The position numbers and the translations under genes were made by a program. A DNA stretch of 64,000 bases, taken from contig JBKHYG010000100.1 in assembly GCA_046565595.1 (NCBI GenBank), positions 20,838-84,837 of the forward strand, given 5' to 3'. This document shows, one piece after another, positions 35,848-44,669 of this stretch. Position 1 is the first letter of the stretch, and every line of letters begins with the position of its first letter. Below the pieces are notes generated by a model. It was not told the origin of the DNA. It worked only from the letters and a program-made list of their open reading frames with translations, and did no database searches. Source of the stretch: Actinomycetota bacterium (GTDB taxonomy: Bacteria > Actinomycetota > AC-67).

Positions 35848-37146
35848 TTAGATCGCTTCGAGGCGTTTGAAGACCCGGTCGATGTGGGCCAGGTAGCGGT
35901 CGGGATCCATCAGCGCGTCCAACTTGGCGGCATCGGTCACGGCCTTCACGCTGTCTTGTTCCAGCAGGGTGTCCCGGAACGGGATCCCCTGATCCCAGGT
36001 CTTCATCGCCGCGACCTGGACTGCCGCGTACGCATCCTCGCGACTCATGCCAGCCTCGACGAGAGCCAGCAGGATGTGCGCAGAGTAAACAAGGCCGTTG
36101 GTCGCATCCAGGTTCTGGCGCATCCGCTCGGGGAAGACCCTCATCCCGTCGATGACGCGGATCATCAGGTGCAATTGGTAGTCGAGAGCGATGGTGGCGT
36201 CCGGGAGGATGACGCGCTCGACGCTGGAGTGTGAGATGTCGCGCTCGTGCCAGAGCGCATTGTTCTCGAGCGCCGGGTTCAGGTAGCCGCGGATCAGCCG
36301 GGCGAGGCCCGTGATGCGTTCGCACAGGATGGGGTTCTTCTTGTGCGGCATCGCACTCGAACCCTTCTGACCCTTGCCGAAAGGCTCTTCAGCTTCACGG
36401 ACCTCGGTGCGCTGAAGGTGCCGGATCTCTATCGAGATCTTCTCGCAGGTGCTGGCTGTGATCGCGCACGCCGACAGTAGCTCCGCGATGCGGTCGCGTT
36501 GAACGACCTGCGTGACCGCAGGCGCAGGAGTGAGGCCGAGACCGGCGCACACATGCTGCTCGACCGCTGGGTCGATGCTTGCATAAGTGCCGACAGGTCC
36601 GGCGACCTTGCCGACCGCAACAGCCTCGCGCGCACGGCGGAGCCGTTCCAGATCGCGCGCAACCTCGAACGCGTAGACCGCGAGTTTCAGGCCGAAGGTG
36701 GTCGGCTCGGCGTGGATCCCGTGGCTGCGGCCCACGCACACCGTGTCCTTGAACTCCAGCGCTCGACGCTTCAAGGACTCGAGCAAGGTCTCGACGCGGC
36801 CGATCAACAGATCGGTCGCTGTCATCAGTTGGACGCCGAGCGTCGTGTCCAGCAGATCGTTGCTGGTCATCCCGTGATGGATCCAACGGCTCGCAGGGCC
36901 GATGGGTTCGCCGAGTGCGGTGAGGAACGCGATCACATCGTGTTGTGTGACCTCTTCGATCTCGAAGACGCGTTCGGGTGTCGGCGCGACGGCTTTGGCT
37001 CTGATCGTGTCGAAGTCTTCCTGCGGCACGACGCCGAGTTTGACCCACGCTTCGGTGGCGAGCAGTTCGACCTCGGTGAAGATCTCGTATCTGCGAGCGT
37101 CACTCCAGACGCTCGCCATCTCTGGCAGCGAGTAGCGAGGGATCAA
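35848..37146 (-). CDS. purB: Adenylosuccinate lyase
   Basis: 432 aa; fumarate lyase signature region GSSAMPHKKNP. Confidence 0.9.
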   Translation of the reverse strand: MIPRYSLPEMASVWSDARRYEIFTEVELLATEAWVKLGVVPQEDFDTIRAKAVAPTPERVFEIEEVTQHDVIAFLTALGEPIGPASRWIHHGMTSNDLLDTTLGVQLMTATDLLIGRVETLLESLKRRALEFKDTVCVGRSHGIHAEPTTFGLKLAVYAFEVARDLERLRRAREAVAVGKVAGPVGTYASIDPAVEQHVCAGLGLTPAPAVTQVVQRDRIAELLSACAITASTCEKISIEIRHLQRTEVREAEEPFGKGQKGSSAMPHKKNPILCERITGLARLIRGYLNPALENNALWHERDISHSSVERVILPDATIALDYQLHLMIRVIDGMRVFPERMRQNLDATNGLVYSAHILLALVEAGMSREDAYAAVQVAAMKTWDQGIPFRDTLLEQDSVKAVTDAAKLDALMDPDRYLAHIDRVFKRLEAI

Positions 37147-37601
37147 AGTCTGGCCCCGTCGGCCATCTCCTGTTTGAAGGCGTCGAGTTTCTTGGCGAGT
37201 TCCTCATCGCCAACGGCGAGGATCTGAACGGCGAGCAGACCTGCGTTCTTGGCGCCATCGACCGCTACGGTCGCGACCGGAACCCCCGGCGGCATCTGCA
37301 CGATCGCCAGCAGAGCGTCCATCGCGTCAGCCAATCCGCCCGAGAGTGGCACGCCGATGACTGGCAGAGTGGTGAATGCCGCGGTTACGCCCGGAAGGTG
37401 GGCAGCCATTCCCGCGCCCGCGATGATGCATCCCAGACCGCGGTCCTTCGCGCTGGTTACATACTCGCGCACCCGCTCGGGTCGGCGATGCGCGCTCATC
37501 GACTCGTTCTCCCACTCGACGCCGAACCTGTCGAGGACTTCGCCGGCCTTCAACATGGTCTTCTCGTCGCTTGGCGACCCGTAGATGATCCCGACCTTCA
37601 T
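37143..37601 (-). CDS. purE: N5-carboxyaminoimidazole ribonucleotide mutase
   Basis: MKVGIIYGSPSDEKTM...IIAGAGMAAHLPGV matches the PurE consensus; 4-nt overlap with purB; no purK in window. Confidence 0.85.
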   Translation of the reverse strand: MKVGIIYGSPSDEKTMLKAGEVLDRFGVEWENESMSAHRRPERVREYVTSAKDRGLGCIIAGAGMAAHLPGVTAAFTTLPVIGVPLSGGLADAMDALLAIVQMPPGVPVATVAVDGAKNAGLLAVQILAVGDEELAKKLDAFKQEMADGARL

Positions 37602-37716
37602 GTGTCCTCCTGCAGCTCGTTCGGAACTTCCATCCGGAGCCTATCGAGCCAAGGGCGCCGAGGTCCGCGCTGCCAGGAAGGTATCGTTGGTGTGACGCCG
37701 TATAGGTCAAGTAGAG

Positions 37717-38556
37717 GTGATGCGAATGAGAGTTTCGAGGATCGTCCCGGTCACTGCTGCCCTGCTCATGTGGCTGCCCCTACCTGCCCACCCATCCGAG
37801 ACCCCCAGAGATGCGATCAGCTCCCAGGTGCTCGTCGCCACCGGAACGGTCAGTCAGGATGCCTTCACATATGACATCGAGTGCACAGCTGGAGCAGTTG
37901 CTCCCGTCGATGCGCTGTTTGGCGTAGGTCGCAACGACCGCAGCCTCTGGTACGGAACCCTGGACACCGTAATCGGCAAGGAGACCACCGGAGACTCCGT
38001 CGCCATATTGGGCCAGGATCAGAGACAGGGAACCCGGGAGGTGACCCGGACCTCAGATCGGATCCAAACGCTCGCCATCTCAAGCACCGAGAGCAATGAG
38101 GTTGTCATCGGTCAACGGCCGATCGACATCGTGCTAGTGGTTGCGCCGATCGAGGGAACCTTCGAAACCTGCTCGATATCGATGGACAGTGAGCCATTGG
38201 TGGTCCGGAGTCTCCCTGAGGCTTCCGCCGGATATGTAGATCTCGGCGGGGCGGACCGCAATGCTGCGTGGATCCAGAACGACGCCGGAGCCTTCGGATA
38301 CGGGACCTCGGAGAGTGTGCAGGTTGGCGGCGGACCCTTCTTCGCCAGTTGCAAGATCTATGGCTCCGCGCTGATACAAGCCACCGTCTTCGGAACCTCG
38401 AGTATCGATCCCATACCGGCGACACCGATCCGTTCGGAACGGTGCGGTGGAGACGGCTTGGGTGGCAGCTTCGCGGGCAGGATCGACCTCTTCGGGACCG
38501 TCAACGAGGCTGGGGCACCCAGTACCTTCCACTGGGTCTCGCTGGTCGGCTACTGA
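37717..38556 (+). CDS. Secreted hypothetical protein
   Basis: Signal peptide MMRMRVSRIVPVTAALLMWLPLPAHP; Gly/Ser/Thr-rich mature region; no motif recognized; sits between purE and purD on the opposite strand. Confidence 0.5.
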   Translation: MMRMRVSRIVPVTAALLMWLPLPAHPSETPRDAISSQVLVATGTVSQDAFTYDIECTAGAVAPVDALFGVGRNDRSLWYGTLDTVIGKETTGDSVAILGQDQRQGTREVTRTSDRIQTLAISSTESNEVVIGQRPIDIVLVVAPIEGTFETCSISMDSEPLVVRSLPEASAGYVDLGGADRNAAWIQNDAGAFGYGTSESVQVGGGPFFASCKIYGSALIQATVFGTSSIDPIPATPIRSERCGGDGLGGSFAGRIDLFGTVNEAGAPSTFHWVSLVGY

Positions 38557-38557
38557 G

Positions 38558-39823
38558 CTACCGGCCCGAGGCGATATCGGTTCGGTTCATCTTGCCTTCG
38601 AAGCGGATCAGGTCAGCGGCCTCGTAGGCCTTGGCGCGCGCGTCTGCCACGCTGTTCCCTAGAGCGCTGACGGCCAGCACCCTGCCGCCGGCGGTCACCA
38701 AGGTGCCGTCGTCGGCACCCTTGGTCCCGGCGTGGAAGACGATCACATCGCCCAGCGCCTCGGCGTCTTCGATACCGGTGATCGGCTTGCCGGTCTCATA
38801 GGTGCCTGGGTAGCCGCCACTTGCGAGCACGACGGTCACGCAAGCTCGGTCGCTGGCTCTCAGGCCGCTCGCGTCCAGCCGGCCGTTCGCCGCGGACAAC
38901 AGCACCTTGCCGAGGTCCCCCTCGATGCGCGGCAAGACGACCTCGGTCTCGGGGTCGCCGAAGCGGCAGTTGAACTCGACGGTGCTTGGCTCACCGTCGC
39001 CGTCGATCATCAGGCCTGCGTAGAGCAGACCGATGAAGGGCGTTCCGTCGTTGCGCATCTGATCGATGACGGGCTGACAGATCCGCTCCACAGCAGACTC
39101 GATCCCTTCGGCCAGATGAGGAACCGGCGAGTACGCGCCCATGCCGCCGGTGTTCGGGCCTTGGTCGCCGTCGTGCGCGCGTTTGAAGTCCTGAGCGCCG
39201 ACCAGAGGGAACAGGCGCGCGCCGTCGGAGATGCAGAACAGCGACGCCTCTTCTCCGACCAGCAGATCTTCGAGCACGACCCGAGAGCCCGCCTTTCCGA
39301 AGGCGTCGTCCTCCATGCATGCGCGGATCGCGGCCTCCGCGGTGGCGGTGTCCATCGCGACCGTAACACCCTTGCCGGCCGCCAGTCCGTCAGCCTTCAC
39401 CACGATTGGTGCGCCTCGATCTGCCAGCGCCTTCAGAGCTTCATCGAGGCTGGTGCAGGTGACCGACGCCGCTGTAGGCACTCCCGCACGAGCCATCACC
39501 TCTTTGGCAAAGGTCTTGGATCCTTCGAGTTCGGCAGCAGCCGCGGAAGGCCCGAAGACGGCGATCCCCTTCGCGCGCACCGCATCGGCGACGCCCGCAA
39601 CCAGCGGTGCTTCAGGTCCGACGATGACCAGATCGACCGAATGTTGATCCGCGAGCGAGGCCACCGCGTCCGGATCATCAGCCTTGACTGCCACACACTC
39701 GGCGAGTTGCCCGATCCCCGGATTGCCTGGCGCAGCGATGATCTTCGAGACCGAGTCTGAGCGGGACAGCGACCATGCGAGGGCGTGTTCGCGGCCGCCG
39801 GACCCGATCAAGAGGATCCTCAT
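38558..39823 (-). CDS. purD: Phosphoribosylamine--glycine ligase
   Basis: Start at ATG 39823 (MRILLIGSGGREHALAWSL); ATP-grasp domain throughout. Confidence 0.9.
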   Translation of the reverse strand: MRILLIGSGGREHALAWSLSRSDSVSKIIAAPGNPGIGQLAECVAVKADDPDAVASLADQHSVDLVIVGPEAPLVAGVADAVRAKGIAVFGPSAAAAELEGSKTFAKEVMARAGVPTAASVTCTSLDEALKALADRGAPIVVKADGLAAGKGVTVAMDTATAEAAIRACMEDDAFGKAGSRVVLEDLLVGEEASLFCISDGARLFPLVGAQDFKRAHDGDQGPNTGGMGAYSPVPHLAEGIESAVERICQPVIDQMRNDGTPFIGLLYAGLMIDGDGEPSTVEFNCRFGDPETEVVLPRIEGDLGKVLLSAANGRLDASGLRASDRACVTVVLASGGYPGTYETGKPITGIEDAEALGDVIVFHAGTKGADDGTLVTAGGRVLAVSALGNSVADARAKAYEAADLIRFEGKMNRTDIASGR

Positions 39824-41097
39824 GCATCCACCACGATGGTCTGCTCGCGCGCCGGGCCCACGCCGATCCATGCGACCGGGGTGCCGGTCAGTTCCTCGAC
39901 GCGTTCGATGTATCGGCGCGCCTCCTTCGGGAGATCACCCAACTTCTCGCAGCCTGAGAGGTCCTCGGTCCAGCCGGGCAGTTCCTCGTAGACGGGCTTG
40001 GCGTGATGGAACAGCGTTTGGTTCGGGGGTAGCTGTTCGTACCGTTCGCCGTCACTGTCGTATGCCGTCGAGATCTTTACGGGATCCAGTCCACTCAGCA
40101 CATCGAGTTTGGTCAGGAAGATCTTCGACATCGAGTTCACTCGGACGGCGTAACGAAGTTGGACGGCGTCCAACCATCCGCAGCGACGCTTGCGACCCGT
40201 CGTCACACCGAACTCCGCACCCACCCGACCCAAGTGCTCACCGATGCCGTCCTCGAGTTCGGTCGGGAAGGGGCCTGCGCCGACACGCGTCGTGTAAGCC
40301 TTGACCAGTCCGACCACTTCGTCGATGAAACGCGGTCCGATCCCCGTGCCCGTGCAAGCACCACCTGCAGACGGTGACGAGGAAGTCACGAACGGGTAGG
40401 TGCCTTGGTCCAGATCGAGCATCGTGCCCTGCGCGCCCTCGAACAGCACCGACCCGCCGGAGGTCAAGCATCGGTGAACCAGGGCTCCTGTGTCCGCGAT
40501 GTGTGGCCGGAGCCGCTCGGCGAACGCCGAGTAAGCGTCGATGATCTCGCCGCCATCCATGCCGAGGCGGTTGTAGATCCGCGCGAGGACCGCGTTCTTC
40601 TCCTTCAGGTTGATCTGCAACTTCTGCTCGAAGATCTTCAGATCCAGGAGGTCCTGGACGCGCAGACCGATCCGTGCGGCCTTGTCCGCGTATGCGGGAC
40701 CGATGCCCTTCTTCGTGGTTCCCAGTTGTGCGCGCCCAAGGAATCGTTCGCTTACAGCATCGAGGGCACGGTGATACGGCATGATGAGGTGCGCGTTGCC
40801 ACTGACCTTCAGCCGTTCGGTCGAGATGCCTTGCTCACCAAGCATGTCCATCTCTTCCAGCAGGGCTTCCGGGTCGATGACCAACCCGTCGCCCAGCATC
40901 GGGATGGGCCGCTCGTGTAACACCGAAGACGGGATCAGGTGGAGGGCCAGTTTCACATCGCCAGCGATGACGGTGTGCCCCGCGTTGTTACCGCCCTGAT
41001 AGCGGATGACGATGTCCGAGTGCGGGGCCAGCTGATCTATCGCTCGGCCCTTGCCTTCGTCTCCCCATTGGGCGCCGACGAGCACTGTCGCGGGCAT
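39820..41097 (-). CDS. purA: Adenylosuccinate synthetase
   Basis: N-terminal GAQWGDEGKGRAID P-loop, GNNAGHTV; 4-nt overlap with purD. Confidence 0.9.
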   Translation of the reverse strand: MPATVLVGAQWGDEGKGRAIDQLAPHSDIVIRYQGGNNAGHTVIAGDVKLALHLIPSSVLHERPIPMLGDGLVIDPEALLEEMDMLGEQGISTERLKVSGNAHLIMPYHRALDAVSERFLGRAQLGTTKKGIGPAYADKAARIGLRVQDLLDLKIFEQKLQINLKEKNAVLARIYNRLGMDGGEIIDAYSAFAERLRPHIADTGALVHRCLTSGGSVLFEGAQGTMLDLDQGTYPFVTSSSPSAGGACTGTGIGPRFIDEVVGLVKAYTTRVGAGPFPTELEDGIGEHLGRVGAEFGVTTGRKRRCGWLDAVQLRYAVRVNSMSKIFLTKLDVLSGLDPVKISTAYDSDGERYEQLPPNQTLFHHAKPVYEELPGWTEDLSGCEKLGDLPKEARRYIERVEELTGTPVAWIGVGPAREQTIVVDA

Positions 41098-41133
41098 CTC
41101 AGCCTCCTTGCGTCGGTGCGGCGGTCTCGGAAA

Positions 41134-41337
41134 CTAGCGAGCTATCCGGAACCTGATCCGGACATGCGTCTGATATTCGGTGATCTCTCCGCCGTCGACC
41201 ACCGCCGAGGTGTCGAGGACCTCCATGCCTTCGATGCCACGGATGGTCTTACCAGCCTCGGCGAGAGCAGCCTGGGCGGCTGCACGCCAAGATTCGGTGG
41301 AGACGCCGACCAGATCTATCGTCTTGATGACTGCCAT
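41134..41337 (-). CDS. Dodecin family flavin-binding protein
   Basis: 67-aa product from ATG 41337: MAVIKTIDLVGVSTESWRAAAQAALAEAGKTIRGIEGMEVLDTSAVVDGGEITEYQTHVRIRFRI, matching the dodecin pattern; start overlaps fba stop by 1 nt (TGATG). Confidence 0.7.
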   Translation of the reverse strand: MAVIKTIDLVGVSTESWRAAAQAALAEAGKTIRGIEGMEVLDTSAVVDGGEITEYQTHVRIRFRIAR

Positions 41338-42353
41338 CAGGCTTCCTTCTCCATCTCTTGGCTGTAGTGGCCGTGGCGTGCGGCGCCGTTGCACCTCGCA
41401 CGGTGATAGTAGGCCTTTTGGGCGGCCGGGATGTTCTCGTCCTTACCCTGCCAAGCCGCCAACGCGGGGGCTTGAAGGGCGCGGCCGTAACTGAAGGACA
41501 ACTCCCACGGCCACATGCCCATCGCGTTCATCTCGTTCAGGTGAGCCGTCGCGAGCTCGTCGCTCTGACCTCCAGACAAGAAGACGATGCCGGGAACCGA
41601 AGCGGGAACGGTATCCAGATATACCTGCACCGACTTCTCGGCCACCTCTCGCACAGGTGCCTGAGTCGGGCATGCTTTGCCGCTGATCACCATGTTGGGT
41701 TTCAGCAGCATGCCGTCGAAGCGGACGCGTTGATCGTAGAGGGCGCTGAACACGGCTTTGAGCGTTCGGCTGGTGACGGCCTCGCACACATCGATGGTGT
41801 TGTCGCCATCCATCAAGACCTCAGGCTCGACGATCGGAACGATGTCGGCCTCTTGACACAACGCTGCATAGCGGGCGAGCGCATGCGCGTTGGTGTCGAT
41901 GCAGTACTGGCTGGGGATACCGTCGCCGATCGTGATGACCGCGCGCCACTTCGCGAAGCCGGCGCCCAGTTCCTTGTATCCGGCCAACCGCTCGCGCAGT
42001 CCGTCAAGGCCTTCGGTCACCAACTCGCCGGGCGCGCCCGCAAGCGGCTTCGCTCCCGCATCGACCTTGATACCCGGGATGATGCCCTTGTCTGTCAGCA
42101 GGTCCGGGAACGGCGTGCCGTCTGCGCTCGACTGACGGATGGTCTCGTCGAACAAGATGACGCCAGAGATGAACTCTTCTGCGCCGGGGGTCGTGAAGAG
42201 GAGATCGCGGTACTTGCGACGGGTCTCCTCGGTGGACTCGGTGCCGATCTGATCGAACCGCTTCTTGATCGTTCCCGTCGACTCGTCTGCGGCGAGGATC
42301 CCTTTACCCGCAGCGACCAGCTTCTCGGCTGTGTTCTTCAAGACATCGCTCAT
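41337..42353 (-). CDS. fba: Fructose-bisphosphate aldolase class I
   Basis: Start at ATG 42353 (RBS AGGGAG): MSDVLKNTAEKLVAAGKGILAADES, class I FBA hallmark; Schiff-base Lys region IVFLSGGQS. Confidence 0.85.
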   Translation of the reverse strand: MSDVLKNTAEKLVAAGKGILAADESTGTIKKRFDQIGTESTEETRRKYRDLLFTTPGAEEFISGVILFDETIRQSSADGTPFPDLLTDKGIIPGIKVDAGAKPLAGAPGELVTEGLDGLRERLAGYKELGAGFAKWRAVITIGDGIPSQYCIDTNAHALARYAALCQEADIVPIVEPEVLMDGDNTIDVCEAVTSRTLKAVFSALYDQRVRFDGMLLKPNMVISGKACPTQAPVREVAEKSVQVYLDTVPASVPGIVFLSGGQSDELATAHLNEMNAMGMWPWELSFSYGRALQAPALAAWQGKDENIPAAQKAYYHRARCNGAARHGHYSQEMEKEA

Positions 42354-42476
42354 GTGCTCTCCCTTTCCTTCGGGCACGCGGACACGGCCAGAAGGTCGTG
42401 CGGTAGCAGGATGCTAGCGCTGTAGTTGGCGTCTCTCGAATCCGGGTCTCGCGTCGAACAGGGGTGCCTGCGGCCG

Positions 42477-42869
42477 TCAGCGCTGGTCTCGAACAGCCAA
42501 GGTCAGACGGCCCGCAGCGATCCGTTTACCGGTCTCCACGCTGGTCACATCGATGTCCCACAGGTGCGTGGTGCGGCCCTTGTGTATGGGCGTGGCCACC
42601 GCGCGCACACGCCCCTCGCGAACGGTTCCCAGGAAGTTGCAGGTCTGCTGCAGACCGAGCACCGCGACCTCCGGCCATCCGGCGGCGATGCCAGCACCGA
42701 CCGATCCGACGGTCTCGATGAGGCTCATCGTCGCCCCGCCGTGGAGCCAACCATCGGGCTGCGTGTTGCCTGTCACCGGCATCTCGGCGACCACGCGATC
42801 AGCGCTCCCCTCTACGAATACGATGCCCAGCTTCTCGACGAGGGCGCCCGTGTCCGGCCCATCAGACAT
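42477..42869 (-). CDS. PaaI/hotdog-fold thioesterase
   Basis: Start at ATG 42869 (MSDGPD...); GWLHGGATMSLIETVGSVG hotdog thioesterase motif. Confidence 0.7.
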   Translation of the reverse strand: MSDGPDTGALVEKLGIVFVEGSADRVVAEMPVTGNTQPDGWLHGGATMSLIETVGSVGAGIAAGWPEVAVLGLQQTCNFLGTVREGRVRAVATPIHKGRTTHLWDIDVTSVETGKRIAAGRLTLAVRDQR

Positions 42870-43665
42870 CTGAAACTCCCGCTTCGATGGCAGCGACGGC
42901 GACGAGGTCTTCGAGCGCTTCGAACACACCCGGAGCCGACGCGATTACGCCGACACCGCTCGGGCCGATCGCCGGCATCGGTCCGACCTTGCCTCCAGCC
43001 TCCTTCACCAGGATGACACCAGCTGCTCCGTCCCAGGGGAAGACCGGCGCCTCGAAGTAGCCATCTAGGCGGCCGGCTGCGACCCACGCCAGGTCCAGCG
43101 CGGCCGATCCGGGACGGCGAAGATCCCGCACAGCTGGGAGGATCGTCGGCAGCATCCGGCCTGCTGCAGCTCGCTCCTCAGCCAGATACGAGAAGCCGGT
43201 CGCGATCAGCGCGGAGGAGAGATCATCCTGTCCGGACACATCGAGGTCTCGCCCGTTGCACCAGGCACCCAGGCCTCGTCCAGCGGTGAAGCACTCGTCC
43301 TTGACCGGATCGAACACGCATCCCGCCAGGCCGCCCTCCTCATCCTCGACCGCGACGCTGACTGCGAACTGGGCGATCCCGTAGAGGAAATTGGTCGTCC
43401 CATCCAGCGGGTCGACGATCCATCGCAGCCCCGAGGACCCTTCAGATGCTCCAGACTCCTCACCTAGTACGGCGTCCTCGGGTCGTGACCCTTGCAACAC
43501 CTCGAGGATCGCGGCTTCGCTGGCCTTGTCCGCGTCGGTAACCATGTCGGTCGCGGAGGTCTTCGATGCGACCAAGGTCCGCGCGCCTCGGAAACGATCA
43601 GCCAAGACCGCGGCGCCGGCTCGGGCGGCTCGCTCGGCTAGGTCGATGGCTTCCTTGGGATGCAC
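42862..43665 (-). CDS. Inositol monophosphatase family protein (SuhB/ImpA/HisN-like)
   Basis: IMPase motifs DPLDGTTNF and WIVDPLDGT-type metal site, GEESG. Confidence 0.8.
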   Translation of the reverse strand: MHPKEAIDLAERAARAGAAVLADRFRGARTLVASKTSATDMVTDADKASEAAILEVLQGSRPEDAVLGEESGASEGSSGLRWIVDPLDGTTNFLYGIAQFAVSVAVEDEEGGLAGCVFDPVKDECFTAGRGLGAWCNGRDLDVSGQDDLSSALIATGFSYLAEERAAAGRMLPTILPAVRDLRRPGSAALDLAWVAAGRLDGYFEAPVFPWDGAAGVILVKEAGGKVGPMPAIGPSGVGVIASAPGVFEALEDLVAVAAIEAGVSDV

Positions 43666-43704
43666 GGCTCGAACCTAGCGCGAGCCCCATCTAGCCTGCC
43701 GGCG

Positions 43705-44118
43705 ATGGGCTTGTTCCGTAGGCGTCTCGATCCCGAGAGGGCTGCGGCCATCGCCGCTTTCATGCCGGTGGCCGAACCGGTCGAGCGCGCGCAGCGTGCC
43801 CTGCTCGCTGCCGTTCCGACCTTCCGCGACGACGGTGTCCCTCTGGCGATCGCGCTGGCCAACTTCACGGTCGAGCTGAAGGAGGCCGAGGATGCGATGG
43901 TCGGCTGGAAGCAGCAGGCTCCCCTCGACCTGTGGGAACGCTGCGCTGAAGGGCTCGTGGCCGCACGGAAAGAGGCTGACGATCTCCGGCTCGAACCGGG
44001 CGAACTGGTATTCGAGGCTCTGAACGGACGCCTCGGCGACATCCTGTTCCACCTAGAGGCTTTCGCCGATGCCGAGAGATCCCTGAGAGACGGCGGCAAG
44101 TCGTCGCGCGGTCGGTAG
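43705..44118 (+). CDS. Hypothetical protein
   Basis: High GC3 ORF, start chosen at MGLFRRRL to avoid overlap with IMPase start; no motif. Confidence 0.35.
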   Translation: MGLFRRRLDPERAAAIAAFMPVAEPVERAQRALLAAVPTFRDDGVPLAIALANFTVELKEAEDAMVGWKQQAPLDLWERCAEGLVAARKEADDLRLEPGELVFEALNGRLGDILFHLEAFADAERSLRDGGKSSRGR

Positions 44119-44237
44119 ACTCCCCGTGGCCGGCCGAAGCGCCGGGGATCGCTGTGGAGGTCATCATCGGAATCTCTAAGACGCGCATGACCGAAGAGCC
44201 GCTGTCGGTGCTGCCAAGCAGCGGACAGGCGGTCACC

Positions 44238-44669
44238 ATGAGCGTCACCGTCGGTCTCCGCACTACCAGGACCACCGAATTCATCGACATCACCGAACAG
44301 GTGGCTGCTGCGGTAGCCGAGGCGGACCTGACCGAAGGCCTGGCCGTTGTCTCCAGTCCCCACACGACCTGCCAGGTGATCATCAACGAGGCCGAGGACG
44401 GATTCCTGCGGGATCTGGCGCGTACCCTCGAACGGCTCGCCCCACAGGATGGCTCTTACGAGCACGATGAGGCACCGCACGATCTTCCAGATGAGGAACC
44501 CAACGGCTACGCCCACATCCGGGCGGCTCTGCTTTCGAGCCCATCGGTCACGATCCCGATCGTCGACGGCAAGTTGTCGCTCGGAACCTGGCAGAGGGTG
44601 TTCTTCGTCGAACTTGACCGAGCGCGTCCGCGTCGCTTCCAGGTGACCGTCGCCGGCCGCTCGGAGTAG
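44238..44669 (+). CDS. YjbQ family (UPF0047) protein
   Basis: Start at ATG 44238; TEFIDITEQV...GLAVVSSPHTTCQVIINEAEDGFLRDL...EHDEAPHD...NGYAHIRAALLSSPSVTIPIVDGKLSLGTWQRVFFVELD matches the YjbQ consensus. Confidence 0.7.
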   Translation: MSVTVGLRTTRTTEFIDITEQVAAAVAEADLTEGLAVVSSPHTTCQVIINEAEDGFLRDLARTLERLAPQDGSYEHDEAPHDLPDEEPNGYAHIRAALLSSPSVTIPIVDGKLSLGTWQRVFFVELDRARPRRFQVTVAGRSE

